64,000 nucleotides of DNA from Convolutriloba macropyga (Eukaryota). The position numbers and the translations under genes are program-made. This document shows, piece after piece, positions 38,633 to 49,500 of this stretch. The notes beneath the pieces are model-generated. The model was not told where the DNA came from and ran no database searches. It saw nothing but the letters and a program-made list of their open reading frames with translations. The DNA is taken from positions 34,162,001 to 34,226,000 of the forward strand of contig NC_134472.1 of assembly GCF_964194025.1 (NCBI RefSeq). The letters are read 5' to 3'. Numbering within the stretch: the first letter of the stretch is position 1; each line of letters opens with the position of its first letter.

Positions 38633-41201
38633 CTGGAACAAAACAGGCAAATCTATGTTGTCGCAATCCGAAAAAATGTATAGACTTAAAGCACCATATT
38701 AGGCTATAGGTTTTATAATGGGTACAAAACATTCTATAATTTTCTGAAAGCATCCTGGCAACTTACTGTTTATGATCAGTTCTTTCAAAAATCAGTTTCA
38801 TTCAGAATACTAAGTGTTATTTTACAATACAGTTGTTTGAAGTTAAGGACTAAGGAAGTGTGCTTTTTAATTGAGAGACTGAGCGCACCTGTTTTTCTGT
38901 AAGTTTTAGTCTAGTAGCGATCTCTATCCTTCTGATTCTGGTGAGGTAGTTGTTAGAGTCAAATTCCCTCTCCAGCTGCATGAGTTGAACACTGCTGAAT
39001 GCTGTTCTGCTCCTCCTGGAAGCACCTCCGCCCCCTCCTACTCCTACCCCACCCGGAACACCACCCACTGCTGCTAGTCCAGCTGCTGCGGCTGCTGCCG
39101 CTGCCAGTGCCTCCCCAGCTGTACCACTTAACATGCAGTCCAGTCCTAAAAACCTAAATTTATTCTCCGGGAGCTCTTTTCCTTTCAACACGTTATATGA
39201 ACATCTAAAAGTTGTTTTTAAAAGCGGTTGCTCCACATGAATTGTTGTGATAAGCTCAGAACATGGCTTAATTCCAGCAAAGTCATTTTTGACATCGAAG
39301 CAGCACTTTTTAGCATAAAAACAGCTTGCTTCCGTTTTCATGAAACACTCCAGCAGTTCTTGGGATTAAGCTGAGTTTTGTAGCTTTAGAGGAATACTAC
39401 TCAATTATTATAAATATCAGCTCTGAAAACCGGGCATTTTGATAATTTTGGCATCTTGAACTCAAAAAATTTATCTGCACTAGACAAATTGTTTCGCTCG
39501 TTATCAAAAATTTTTCAAAAGTTTGCCGATCAAAAGTTTGCTGATTCATACATTAAACAATTAGGTCATATTGTCTTCAAGAATTGACCTCGCCATTGTC
39601 TGGCATTCCCATATCATTCAAATTGGGTTTGAATTTATCCCCCATGTACGACCCAAAAAGGTCTGATGAGAGGTCAATGTCTGGACTAAAAACTACGCAT
39701 GGGTATAACACTAACCTGCGGATCCGAGCACTTGAACTCCCCACAACACTTGATGCAACAAGTCTCGATTCCCTACCAGATATCTGGCCACATCATCAGT
39801 GCTGATGGCTCCAGCATTGCCACAATTGTTCACACCTGTCGTTAATGGCACCAATGGTTGAGAAGGTGCATCCGTAGTCACTGTTAGCGGGCTCTAAGCA
39901 GGTTACGTGGGTAGGAAATTAAAAAGGCTAGAATCGGGATTGGTTTTGGTTTCTCGCCGGTAGAACATGACAATCTATCTGATTGTTCAAAACTTCCAGA
40001 TATTAACTCTAATGGATTATGCCGCCACCAATTGGTTAACACAAACCATTATTAGCCGAAAATATGTTTGTTTGATTGTGAAGGCAAAGATTTTGTTTAG
40101 AGGTAAGGAAAACAGAAATCAAATAATTTCTCCCATTTTACTTCACTAGTACCAAACAAGATCGGCGACAACTTCAAAACAAATTTTTTTCTGTCGTTTC
40201 TCGATTTATTATGAGATAATATTTTTCAATGACCTATGATGACATTTTTTTATAACTTAATGTGTCTCGTTTTGTATATGAATTGAGACTTCCCGATACT
40301 TGATGACTTAGTTCGTATGATTCAATATTTCTCGATGCAGAGATTTATGACTTATTTAACCTAGCTAATATTTACCATGTCAATGGGGTGGCTGCCCAGA
40401 AGTGAGCCTAGAATTCCTGATGTAACTGGCATGGTAGATAGAATGTTTCCTGCCTCATTCGCCTCACCAATCGTATCAGCAATTGCGCCATGCTCACCTT
40501 CACTCCTTCTTTTTGTGGCTTTGGTTTTGTCTAGAATTGGACTGGAGGTGACCGCATCGGATTCTGGAAGAATCGTTCAATTTCCAATTCAACATAATTA
40601 GCTAAGCATTTTATTTCCATGAAAAAAAACAACAAAAAACCCCAAGGAAATAAACCCTCAACTGACTGTTAAAGAACTGCGCATTTAGGGCCTCGTAGGC
40701 CATTCCCTAGTGCGAATTATTATGAAATTATCACAACTGAACAAAATATCACGACCAAAGTTAAATGTTAACATGGGTGTTTATTTCTGTGGGGATTGAT
40801 TTCTCTGAGAGTCTACAGCAATATACAGAGTCCGGGTTTTGAAAATTACGACTTTTCAAATGCAATCCTTTTCAGAAGATAATGATGGAATTATTTTTTC
40901 ACATCTACTTATGAAGTAGCCACCGAACAGGTACTTAAAACTGACGTTTTTTCCACTTACTTTTTGTTCTGTTTTTTCCTGACTTTTTGGCTGGACTTGT
41001 CTGGGATTTCACTGCAGGGACATCATCTCTGGAAAGACGACCCGATACTTGTCTCCCCAGAATGCTCGAAGTAAAATCGGGTGGCGTGTGAATCAATTGA
41101 TTGTTCACACACCTGGATAAAAGGCTATCAATAGAAAAATCGAGACCTGACAGCACGTCTGCACACGGAAGCAAACTGTTGTTTACATTATTTTGACTCA
41201 T
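38342..41201 (-). CDS. Gsx: Gsx/ind-family ParaHox homeodomain transcription factor, 5 coding exons: 41201-40961, 40563-40376, 39893-39716, 39145-38889, 38632-38342 (1155 nt, 384 aa)
   Basis: The spliced homeodomain [44 protein letters not shown]|[16 protein letters not shown] has the Gsx-typical EREFxSNxYL, RRIEIAT, EKQVKIW and RRVKxKK. It is about 44/60 identical to GSX1 as I recall it (manual comparison). An eh1-like motif FSIDSLL lies near the N-terminus. All four introns are GT-AG with compatible phases (1,0,1,0) and give one open frame. Confidence 0.88.
38889..39145 (-). CDS. Gsx: Gsx exon 4: poly-Ala/Gly linker and homeodomain residues 1-44 (39020-38889)
   Basis: Acceptor gtttttag|GA, donor CAG|GTGCGC; lies within ORF 38850..39341. 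Confidence 0.9.
39716..39893 (-). CDS. Gsx: Gsx exon 3 ([10 protein letters not shown]...[15 protein letters not shown])
   Basis: Acceptor cctgcttag|, donor CAG|GTTAGT, 178 nt open; the phase-1 end matches the exon 4 acceptor. Confidence 0.7.
40376..40563 (-). CDS. Gsx: Gsx exon 2 ([26 protein letters not shown]...GSHPIDM)
   Basis: Acceptor ttcttccag|, donor ATG|GTAAAT, 188 nt open in the phase-1 frame, GC content above the flanking introns. Confidence 0.7.
40961..41201 (-). CDS. Gsx: Gsx exon 1 (MSQNNV...[11 protein letters not shown]...KNRTK), contains the eh1-like motif
   Basis: ATG at 41201; strong donor A|GTAAGT at 40960; FSIDSLL matches the eh1 consensus FSIxxIL and the Gsx N-terminal SFxVDSLI. 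Confidence 0.75.
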
Positions 41202-41209
41202 CACTAATT

Positions 41210-41980
41210 AGTTATTGATGTTAAATTTAATTGGTCGATTTTAATTGAAAAATGAAGGTAGTGTTTAGAAGGATTTGATTATCTGGACAGTTTTTAATAG
41301 ACGTTGGTTTTTGATTATGGCAATTAGATGGCTCGCAGAATGTTAGTAAATTCGAAACAAAAATTGCAATTTTTTGCAACCTCAGATGGCCACAACTGCG
41401 AGAAATTAATAGAAGAAAAACAGAATAGTAGATCAAAAAATCCGACAGATTTACGTTGGGCTTATATGGTAAAAATGATTTGGGTAATCAATTGGTGATT
41501 TTATAGATGATTAAACAGCAATTGGAAGAATGCAATTGGGGCAAATGAGAATAAGGGCTGCTTACCTGGTCAGATGGGTTGTGATTGGAAACACTTTGCA
41601 TGAGTTGAGAGAGATCGATTACCTAAACTATCCCGGGCTATTGTGGATAGATGAGGGTTTTGAGTTGGATATAGCGTGGAGTGAAATGAAAGGACGATTA
41701 GTTATAGATGATTAGATGTGAATAGATTCTGGAAGGAGAGAGAAGAATTGTGTTGGAAAGAGGGAAAAGTTAGATTGGTGGTGGATTGTATTTATTTGTT
41801 TATTAAGGGCGATTAAGGAGAAGTCAAGGCCCATTACCCTTGATGAATATTGGCTTTTAATGGCTAATTGAGAGCGAGAAGGAGTAAGGGGGGATGGTGC
41901 CAAATGGTGCCTAAAAGTCAAAGCTGCTCATTCTATCAGCATTATAACTCATAATTTGGGGTTCTCCGGTGAACACCGTG
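41210..41980 (-). promoter_or_regulatory. Putative Gsx 5' UTR and proximal regulatory region
   Basis: Unique sequence directly upstream of the ATG with many TAAT/ATTA cores (e.g. 41205, 41228, 41242, 41314, 41323, 41697, 41711, 41802, 41812, 41833, 41858, 41865, 41941). The transcription start cannot be determined. Confidence 0.45.
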
Positions 41981-41986
41981 TGAGGT

Positions 41987-42087
41987 GGGGGGGGGGGGGG
42001 GGTAACATGAAGGAGGGGACTGTAAATAGAAATTCCAAATGCGCGGGGGGGGTGGGTGTGTGCGTGTGTGTGTAATTGTGTTTCTGG

Positions 42088-42123
<36 letters not shown>

Positions 42124-42206
42124 ATGTGTGTGTGTGCGTTGTTTGCTGAACGTCAGAGTTTTTGTCTGCTGCCAGAGGGGGGGGGGGGGGGGTTGGGGGG
42201 TTGGGG
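41987..42206 (+). repeat. Poly-G / (TG)n microsatellite block
   Basis: G16 at 41987-42002, G8 at 42045-42052, (TG)14 at 42093-42120, G16 at 42177-42192, then G6 and G4. Confidence 0.95.
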
Positions 42207-43083
42207 TTAAATACACCAATGGGATTAATTATATACTAGTATTGGCCCATGTGAACACTTCTGCTGGCACCAGCAGTCTGCAATGAGGGTAGAAAACTTC
42301 TGGTGCCCAAGTATCCAAAGTGATTCTTAATTGAATCCTGGATATGAGAAGTAATCGCCTGCAGTGACCAAAGAAAAAAGTTTCATGGATAATTGAGTAG
42401 ACAGAAAGCAGATTTTCGTATATGGTTTTCTAACTTTCCAAATAAGGAATCGCATAGTCAGAAAACATAGTTCAATGAGTCCCAAGCAAACCGATAAAAA
42501 TATGAGTAAGTTAATCAACTACTTATTGTTTTTTGTTGTACATTATGCTATAAAACATACGTTCCATGAAAAAAAGCACTTTGTAAGCAGATTTTTCAAA
42601 AGGATCACAGCTTTTCTGCTGTTGTGAAAAAGCGAAAACTAAAATACAAAGAATTTTTGATAATTGTTAGTTTTGAAAACCACAAAAGCTATAACTACAG
42701 TCAGTCTTTTTTTCTAAATAGACCATTTTTATTAAGATTCTCGAAAAAAAGAGAAGTGACAAATTTTTGACTCCGATTTGCTGACCTCCTATTTTGAAGC
42801 TACAAGCTGAAGCTTTTGCAGAAGAATAACTTAGATGAAGAATTTAACTCATATAATCAGTAAAAAAAACACTCCATTGAGCTGCTCACAGGCATAAACT
42901 TTTCAACAAAGTTCTGAAAAATCTAAATCTGTTTTACTTTAACTTTCAGTGACTAGTAAGACTAGCTGCTGGTTCTTCGTAGAAAAAGTTTTATAGATTA
43001 TCTCATGAAGATTACCGCTAACTTCCATGCCAGATCACGCGATGGTTCTTGCAAAAACACATCACATTCTGTTTACTTGTGAA

Positions 43084-44560
43084 AAACAGCATTTTTCTAG
43101 CGTCGGAAACGTTTAACAATTTCTACTTTTCTTTCATAAATTCATAAACGAAACACCTTTGCCTTGACTATCAAAAATGTTTTACGGTGAGAACAGAGTT
43201 TCTAAAAATAAAATTATCGCTTTTCCAACTTGCGATAAACGTTTTAATTGGGTACTTAAGTGCAGGCTATTGGGTACTTATTGAGTGTTTTAACTAAACA
43301 TTATTTACGGCAGGAATGTTTTTTCAAAAGTGAGAAAGAACGAACTATTGACGTTATGAACTTGAAATTCAATCATATTGCGAATCCGGTCTTTTCACAA
43401 ATTGAATGTATTTGTGCAGAGTCTGATTGACTCAGTAGCTTGAAAGAGCTTCAAGAGACAACTGAACTCAGGATTGACATTTTTCGTTATGACTTTTAGG
43501 ATTAAAAAACCAGAAAATTATGAATAAATGATGGCTTCTCAGACGGAGGTAACATAAAGTGAACATTAATTATTTCAACATAAAAAAGACAAAAGATAAA
43601 AAGCGGGCACAACTTTACCTGAGTACCACACATTCTCCGCAGCGGACAGTTACTTTATTTGCTGTAGCAGAAACAGTTTAATTTTTTGTGATCAATACGG
43701 AAGCATGATATTTAAAATTGTCAGCAATACAGCGAATGTGAGATTAAACATGAAAGAACAGTTAATCGCAACGCGATTGTAGCCCGATAAATGAATATTA
43801 ACAATCAGATTTTGTTTGAGCGTTAAAATGAAGCAAACAACAAAACAGCATTTTCATGTCGTCGAAAACGTTTGACAGCTCCTGATTAATCACCTTCACT
43901 TTGGCTATGAAAAACATCTTATGGTGAAAAGAAGTTTCTAGTAAAAAATTATCGCTTTTCCAACTTGTAATAAAGATTTTAATTGGGTACTTAAATGCAG
44001 GCCACTTGTTGAGTGTTTTAACTGAGCATTATCTACGGCAAGAATGTATTTTCAAAAGTGAGAACGAACTATTGACGTTATGAACTCGAAATTCAATCAT
44101 ATTGCGAATCCGGTCTCTTCACATAATGAATGTAATTGTGTAGAGTCTGATAGTCTTAGTAGCTTGAAAGAGCTTCAAAAGACAACTGAGCTCAGGATTG
44201 ACAATTTTCATGATCACTTTTAGGATTAAAGAAACCAATAATTATTAATAAATGATGTCTTCTCAGACAGAGGGATTACAAATTGAACATAAAAGATATC
44301 AACACAAAAAAGACAAAAGATAAATTGCTCGGACAAATTCACCTGAGTGCCACACATCCTCCGCAGCAGAAAATTTTTTAATTGCGGTAGCAGTAACCAC
44401 TTAATTTTTTGTGACCAAAACGGAAGCATCATATCTAAAATTGTCACCAATGCAACGAAAGTAAGATTAAACATGAGTGAACATGTAATCGCAACGCGAT
44501 TGTAGCCCGATAAATGATTATTAACGTTCAGAATATGTTTGAATGTTAAAATGAAGCAAA
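43084..44560 (+). repeat. Diverged tandem duplication, two units of about 720-760 bp
   Basis: Unit starts AAACAGCATTTT at about 43084 and 43843, with a third AAACAGCA at about 44557; shared gaactattgacgttatgaact, gtagcttgaaagagcttcaa and aatcgcaacgcgattgtagcccgataaatga. Confidence 0.9.
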
Positions 44561-45879
44561 CAGCAAATTATTGCAGAATTAATAAAGAGGCTCAGTAAAA
44601 TTCTACTTACAAAAATATAATTTTCGAGACTTATGTTTGGCTGTACTAATCCGATTTGTTTGCTAACTATTATGTTTTGGAGAATTTCGTTCGTGCTTCA
44701 GTCTTTGTTCTACAATAGAAAGTGTATCCAGGTCCTGACAGCGGAGAAAATCAAGAGTTTCGACATACTCAAAGAAGGTTTGTCTGTCAATTGTCATGAA
44801 CGTCGTTTCAACTCCTCCACAATAGGCACTTACTCGGAAACCTATTTTTAAATTCTAACTTTGTTAGTGGCTGATCAGTGTATTTCTAATTGGTGTATCT
44901 CGTGGAAAACCGCTGATTGTGGGAGGTTGCCTCGTTCACAAAGAGCCATACTGAATGAAATTTGAACTGATATAAAACAGTGATTGATCAAAATTGTGAG
45001 AACTGGACAATTTCATTCAATTCTTAGACTTTAAAACCAAATCGAACTTAAAAACTTACTTCCTATTTATCAGAGGGTCTTGTCTGGCACAAGAGGTCAA
45101 ACAAATATAAGTGCTTTTTGCTTCCATCCATGGTTGAAACAGCAAACAGATGTGAAAGACTAATGGAAACAAAGGGGCTTGGTAAGGAGCGTTCGCGCAA
45201 AAGGTTCTAATCCCGCTCATCCACATTTTTGGTATAAATGCCTAACAAATGAGGAACAGATAGAAAACCTCCATAAATAACGTATTTTAAAAAAAATTGT
45301 CTATGAGAAAAAAGATCTCTAACGCAAACAATTCAGTGGAGAAAAAATGCTGCGTTAGATTGATGAGAAAAGCCACTACTTAGAAAGCAAGTCAAGGCGC
45401 ATAACAATTTCAAACAATAACAACAAACTTTAATTTCATCCAAAGTTTTATGTCAATTAAAAAAAACAAATTGACAAACTCAAACAGTTAACGAAGAACA
45501 AAAATCAGCAAAGTTAAAAAAAATGGCTTATAGTAAAAAAAAAAAAATTTCAAAAAAATGAAAACCAATAGATAGCAGTTGAAGAGATCCAACATCATTA
45601 TAATTACATACGCTTCTATAGGAAGGCCTTAGGATGGTTCATTATTCAGCTTTTTACGCGGTTACAAAAAAATAACAAATAGAGACGTCAAACAAAGGTT
45701 CAATTAAAACGTGCAAGAAAACGCTGTCGAAGCCGTAAAGCCATCTTTTGTCCCTTAAAGTATGTTCAATTGAGCTTTTTTCTAATCCCAGTAATGTGAA
45801 ATGCAACTTCCAATTAATGAGAACGAGAACAAGTAACAAGGAGACAATAAAAAGAGAACAGAGGTCAAAACTAAGTAGC

Positions 45880-46500
45880 ACTTTTGTTTTTTTCGAAAAC
45901 AAATATTTTCGAAGTCATGAAAGCCATTAGCTACAAAAGAGATAACTAAATAGATTCGTTTATTTGCCGAAAGGAAGAGACGAAAGTTGAGACCTGCAAT
46001 TATTCAGAATATGTCTTACGTGTACAAAAAGAACATCAGATTTAGACAGAAATCAAAAATTTGTTGATTTTTTTTGCAAAAAAAACCGGGTCGAAGCCAC
46101 TAAAACTAACGAATTCTTTCAAAATAATTAATAGGCTTTGCACATTTACACTTTACCTCATAATTCATGTTGTCATATGTGACCTGTATTTAACAAGAAC
46201 AGCAAACAAATAGACAAAAATTACAAGAAAGCAAAGTTAAAATTTGTTGTCTTTGAAAACAAATATTTTGTTTTGACAGAGGGGTGTCGAATTCGTGAAA
46301 ACGATAATATAAGACTTTGAAGATTTTCATATGATCAGATTTGCCTAAATTTGAATGCCAATATTGTAACATGTGAACTGTAAATATTGTGATAATGACA
46401 AAAAAAAAGATTTAAAAAACGTAAAAAGGGGGCCAATGCCTAACATAAAGAAAAAAAATAAATTCTAGAAGTATCAAATCCACAAAACTATAGTCATAGT
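45880..46500. repeat. Non-coding 3' region of Pao copy A, repeated at 51320-52070
   Basis: Shared ttcgaaaacaaa...cattagctacaaaa, tacgtgtacaaaaagaac and catgttgtcatatgtgacctgtatttaa. Confidence 0.85.
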
Positions 46501-49500
46501 CTGCTAATTGTTGGTAGAAACTCTTTCACTAAGCGTCACCAAATATGGTTTAGCAGCTTCTGCGTGTTCCTCCATGTCTTCAAACTTGAAGGTTGCCGGC
46601 CAGTCTACAAATTTTCCTGGTGGCAAACTATTGAAGGGACGTCGGGTAAGAAAGTGGTTTGGAGTCAAGGGTTTCTCGTTGTCAAGATGATCAGCAGCGT
46701 TTGCCAGCGGCCAGGAATTGAGGTTTGATTTTGGTTCCAGCGTTATTGTAAAGAAAGTGTCAAAAGACAGTCTTCTCGATCCTAGAATGAGGAGGAGCGT
46801 TCTTTTGGCGCTCTGATTCAAACGCCCCCAGACAACGCCAAATTGAGAGCCGTATGGAGGATCGGATTGCTACGTTTTACTGGCTACTGCTAAAAATATG
46901 TAGATTCCTTTTTTTCTAACTCTTCAAAATTTTTATTCACTTTTTCAAAAGCGCCACTAAAGGTTTTTTCGTTTTCGCTGTAAAGAAGTTGGGGCTGGCT
47001 CCCACGACTGCAAAATCTTCTGAGGGCAGTGAGCAACGTATCTGTGTTTAGGTCTGAACACGTTTTCACTTGAACTGCATGATTCACCATGCTTGTAAGT
47101 ATCAGACCATGGTTTTTTTTGTTTGATTTTTTTTAGTATCTTTGATGCAAAAGGGTCCAAAGAAATCTGCACCAGAATTAGCCAAAGGGAACTATATTTC
47201 TGCTGTTGGAAAGCGAAAACTGGGTAAAGGAGCTATAAATGGCAAATGTTTTTTGTATTAAAGCGTCGCTTTAAGAAAAACTAAAATCGTATGCCTGCTA
47301 ATGCTTTGCGAAGGCCAATCACATGGAAACGTTGTTGAATGAAAGCTATTGTTGGTTTTGTGAACCGTTGAATACATATTTGATACGCATGTTCCGAGTA
47401 CTAACGAAAAATTTTGTCCATGGCGTGCAAAATTACAAGACGTTTTTCCAAATGCAATTGTGTTTGTGCATACTGCAGTCGACTAGAGTTTCTGAGCAAT
47501 CCGTTGTCATCATCTTAATTTTCAATTGGAATTCAGTTTAATTCGACGCTGTAAGGACTGAACGATTGAGTTGGAGAGGTTGTCCTGCAATATTTCCAGG
47601 AGATAGGTTCAAGATAATTGAATTTCATCAGTTGTATAGCGGCCATTATTCGTTCGCAATTTCTTTGCTCGATAAATTAGTTTAAACACGTTGCAATCGT
47701 CAGAAGAAGTTTGTTCCATGTGGAGAATTTGTTCAATTTGACTATAGGTTTAAGCGTCTTGGAACATCGCTTGACTGCAGCACATGTTGTTTGTTGTTTG
47801 TTTTTATCATTCCACGACAACTCGCTTTTGCAAAGGAGTTGGGCTGGTGCTATCGATTTTAGTCGTCTCAAGACCGCAAGTTCCGTGACCAGAGGGGTTG
47901 GGATAATTTAAGATGTAATGCCATTGCTTGAATGAAGAAGTTCTTTAAATTTCTTGCAATCTGGCTGGAGAAAAACCTTTCTGCTTCATATTAAAGCTAT
48001 CCTGCAAAACTACTTGACTGCCTATAACGGCGGCCTCTAATTCCTTTTGTGGCACTCCTATTTCTTTAATGAGAGCGATTTTGTTTAAACGGAATTGTTG
48101 CTGACTGTTTTGGCTATTAGTGGTACGGAGTTAGGCAATGGCTGCCTTAGCTGACATTGAGGCATCCACAAAAACGTGAAGTCCGCTGAATGGGTTTCTG
48201 CTCGAATTTTGATCAGTTCTTGGTATTTGAATTCCCGCCATGGCAAAACTGCTTTTTATAACTTTGTGGAGGGCATTGTGTAGTTCCAGCGGTATCAATT
48301 TTTTCCATTTTTTCAAGCTTTCATATCTGTTGCAGAATTTTTTTGATCCTGATTGTAAGAGGAGACAAGAAGCAGAGGGGATCAAAGATTTAGGATAACA
48401 AACTGAACAATTTCTTTTGTGTGTACACTGCTGCATATTGAGAAAACTGTTGCATGCGGAAAATGACGAATTGGTCAGTTGTTACGTTCCACTTTTGACC
48501 GAGGACTCTCGTCATCTTTTTTGTTTCGTCTTTGTCATCAGCTGAGATTTCGGCCAGAACTTCTGGTGTGTTTCAAACAAACTTTGTCAAATTTAAGCCG
48601 CCATTTTTTAGGCAATCTTTTGTGTGTGAAATGGATTTGCGGGCTTCCGCCATTGTTGGCACCGACTGGATGTAGTCATCCATATAACAGTGGTATTTAA
48701 TTTCGCTCAAAGATGCTGGGATCTGAATTTTGCTGGAATTTTCCGCACATTTATGAGAGACATTATTTGAGCAAAAAATGGTCAACATGTAGCACCAAAG
48801 ATGAATTTGGTAGACGACTGCAACTGTCGGATGATGTTGTCTATCATCCAAAGAAAACGATGAGTAGACTGATCTTCTTTTCTGACGGCATTTAGCATAG
48901 ACATCCCTTCAATGTCTGAGAGGGCAGCAACCGGTTGTTCTCTGATTCTCAACCAAAACTCCAACTTAGTAATTCGGCGAATCGCGACCAGTTAGAAGAT
49001 TTGAGTTCAGTGAATCATCCCGAAAAATTGATGCTGTGTTGGCAAATCTTCCCACTTTTCAGGGTTTATTTGTAATAGTGAATCTATGATAAGATGAGTA
49101 CCTTTTTGACTAAAAAGTTTGTGCTTGTAATTTGACTGGCTTGACAAATTTTGATACCAATCTGTTTGGAGTGTCTGTTGTACTTTCATTGAGACTTGGA
49201 TCTTTTGGTGCTTGTTTTTTTAGATATTTTATTTGACTGATTGCTGAGAAAAATTTGTTCTGGGGTTTCGTTACAGGATTCCTTGGAACGCCATTTTCAA
49301 ATCTTGCACCGTTAGGACAGATTGAGTTTTCCATTGTTTGCACTGCTAATTGGTGTAGTGAGCTGTCTTCATTTTGATCGGGTGATGTACTTTCAGCTTC
49401 ATTTTTCCCGAGTCGTTGAACCAATTCGTCCAATGGTTCATCTTCAATGTCTTACCGGCATACATGGTAAACGGACGGCTGTTGCTGCGGCTTGATTTCG

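Noticed and set aside
38585-39020. Assignment of the homeobox to Mox, Hox or Pdx
   Set aside because: NYLTR resembles Mox, but RRIEIAT, EKQVKIW and RRVK plus the FSIDSLL motif fit Gsx; no YPWM/FPWM hexapeptide precedes the homeodomain.
38373-40601. Plus-strand ORFs 38373..38618, 39584..39805 and 40377..40601
   Set aside because: They are antisense shadows of the Gsx exons or the candidate cassette exon.
41911-42286. His/Thr-rich and Cys/Val-rich ORFs
   Set aside because: They are translations of the (TG)n and poly-G microsatellite.
45170-45230. tRNA or tRNA-derived SINE (GGTTCTAATCCC, B-box-like)
   Set aside because: No cloverleaf can be folded and the A box is unconvincing.
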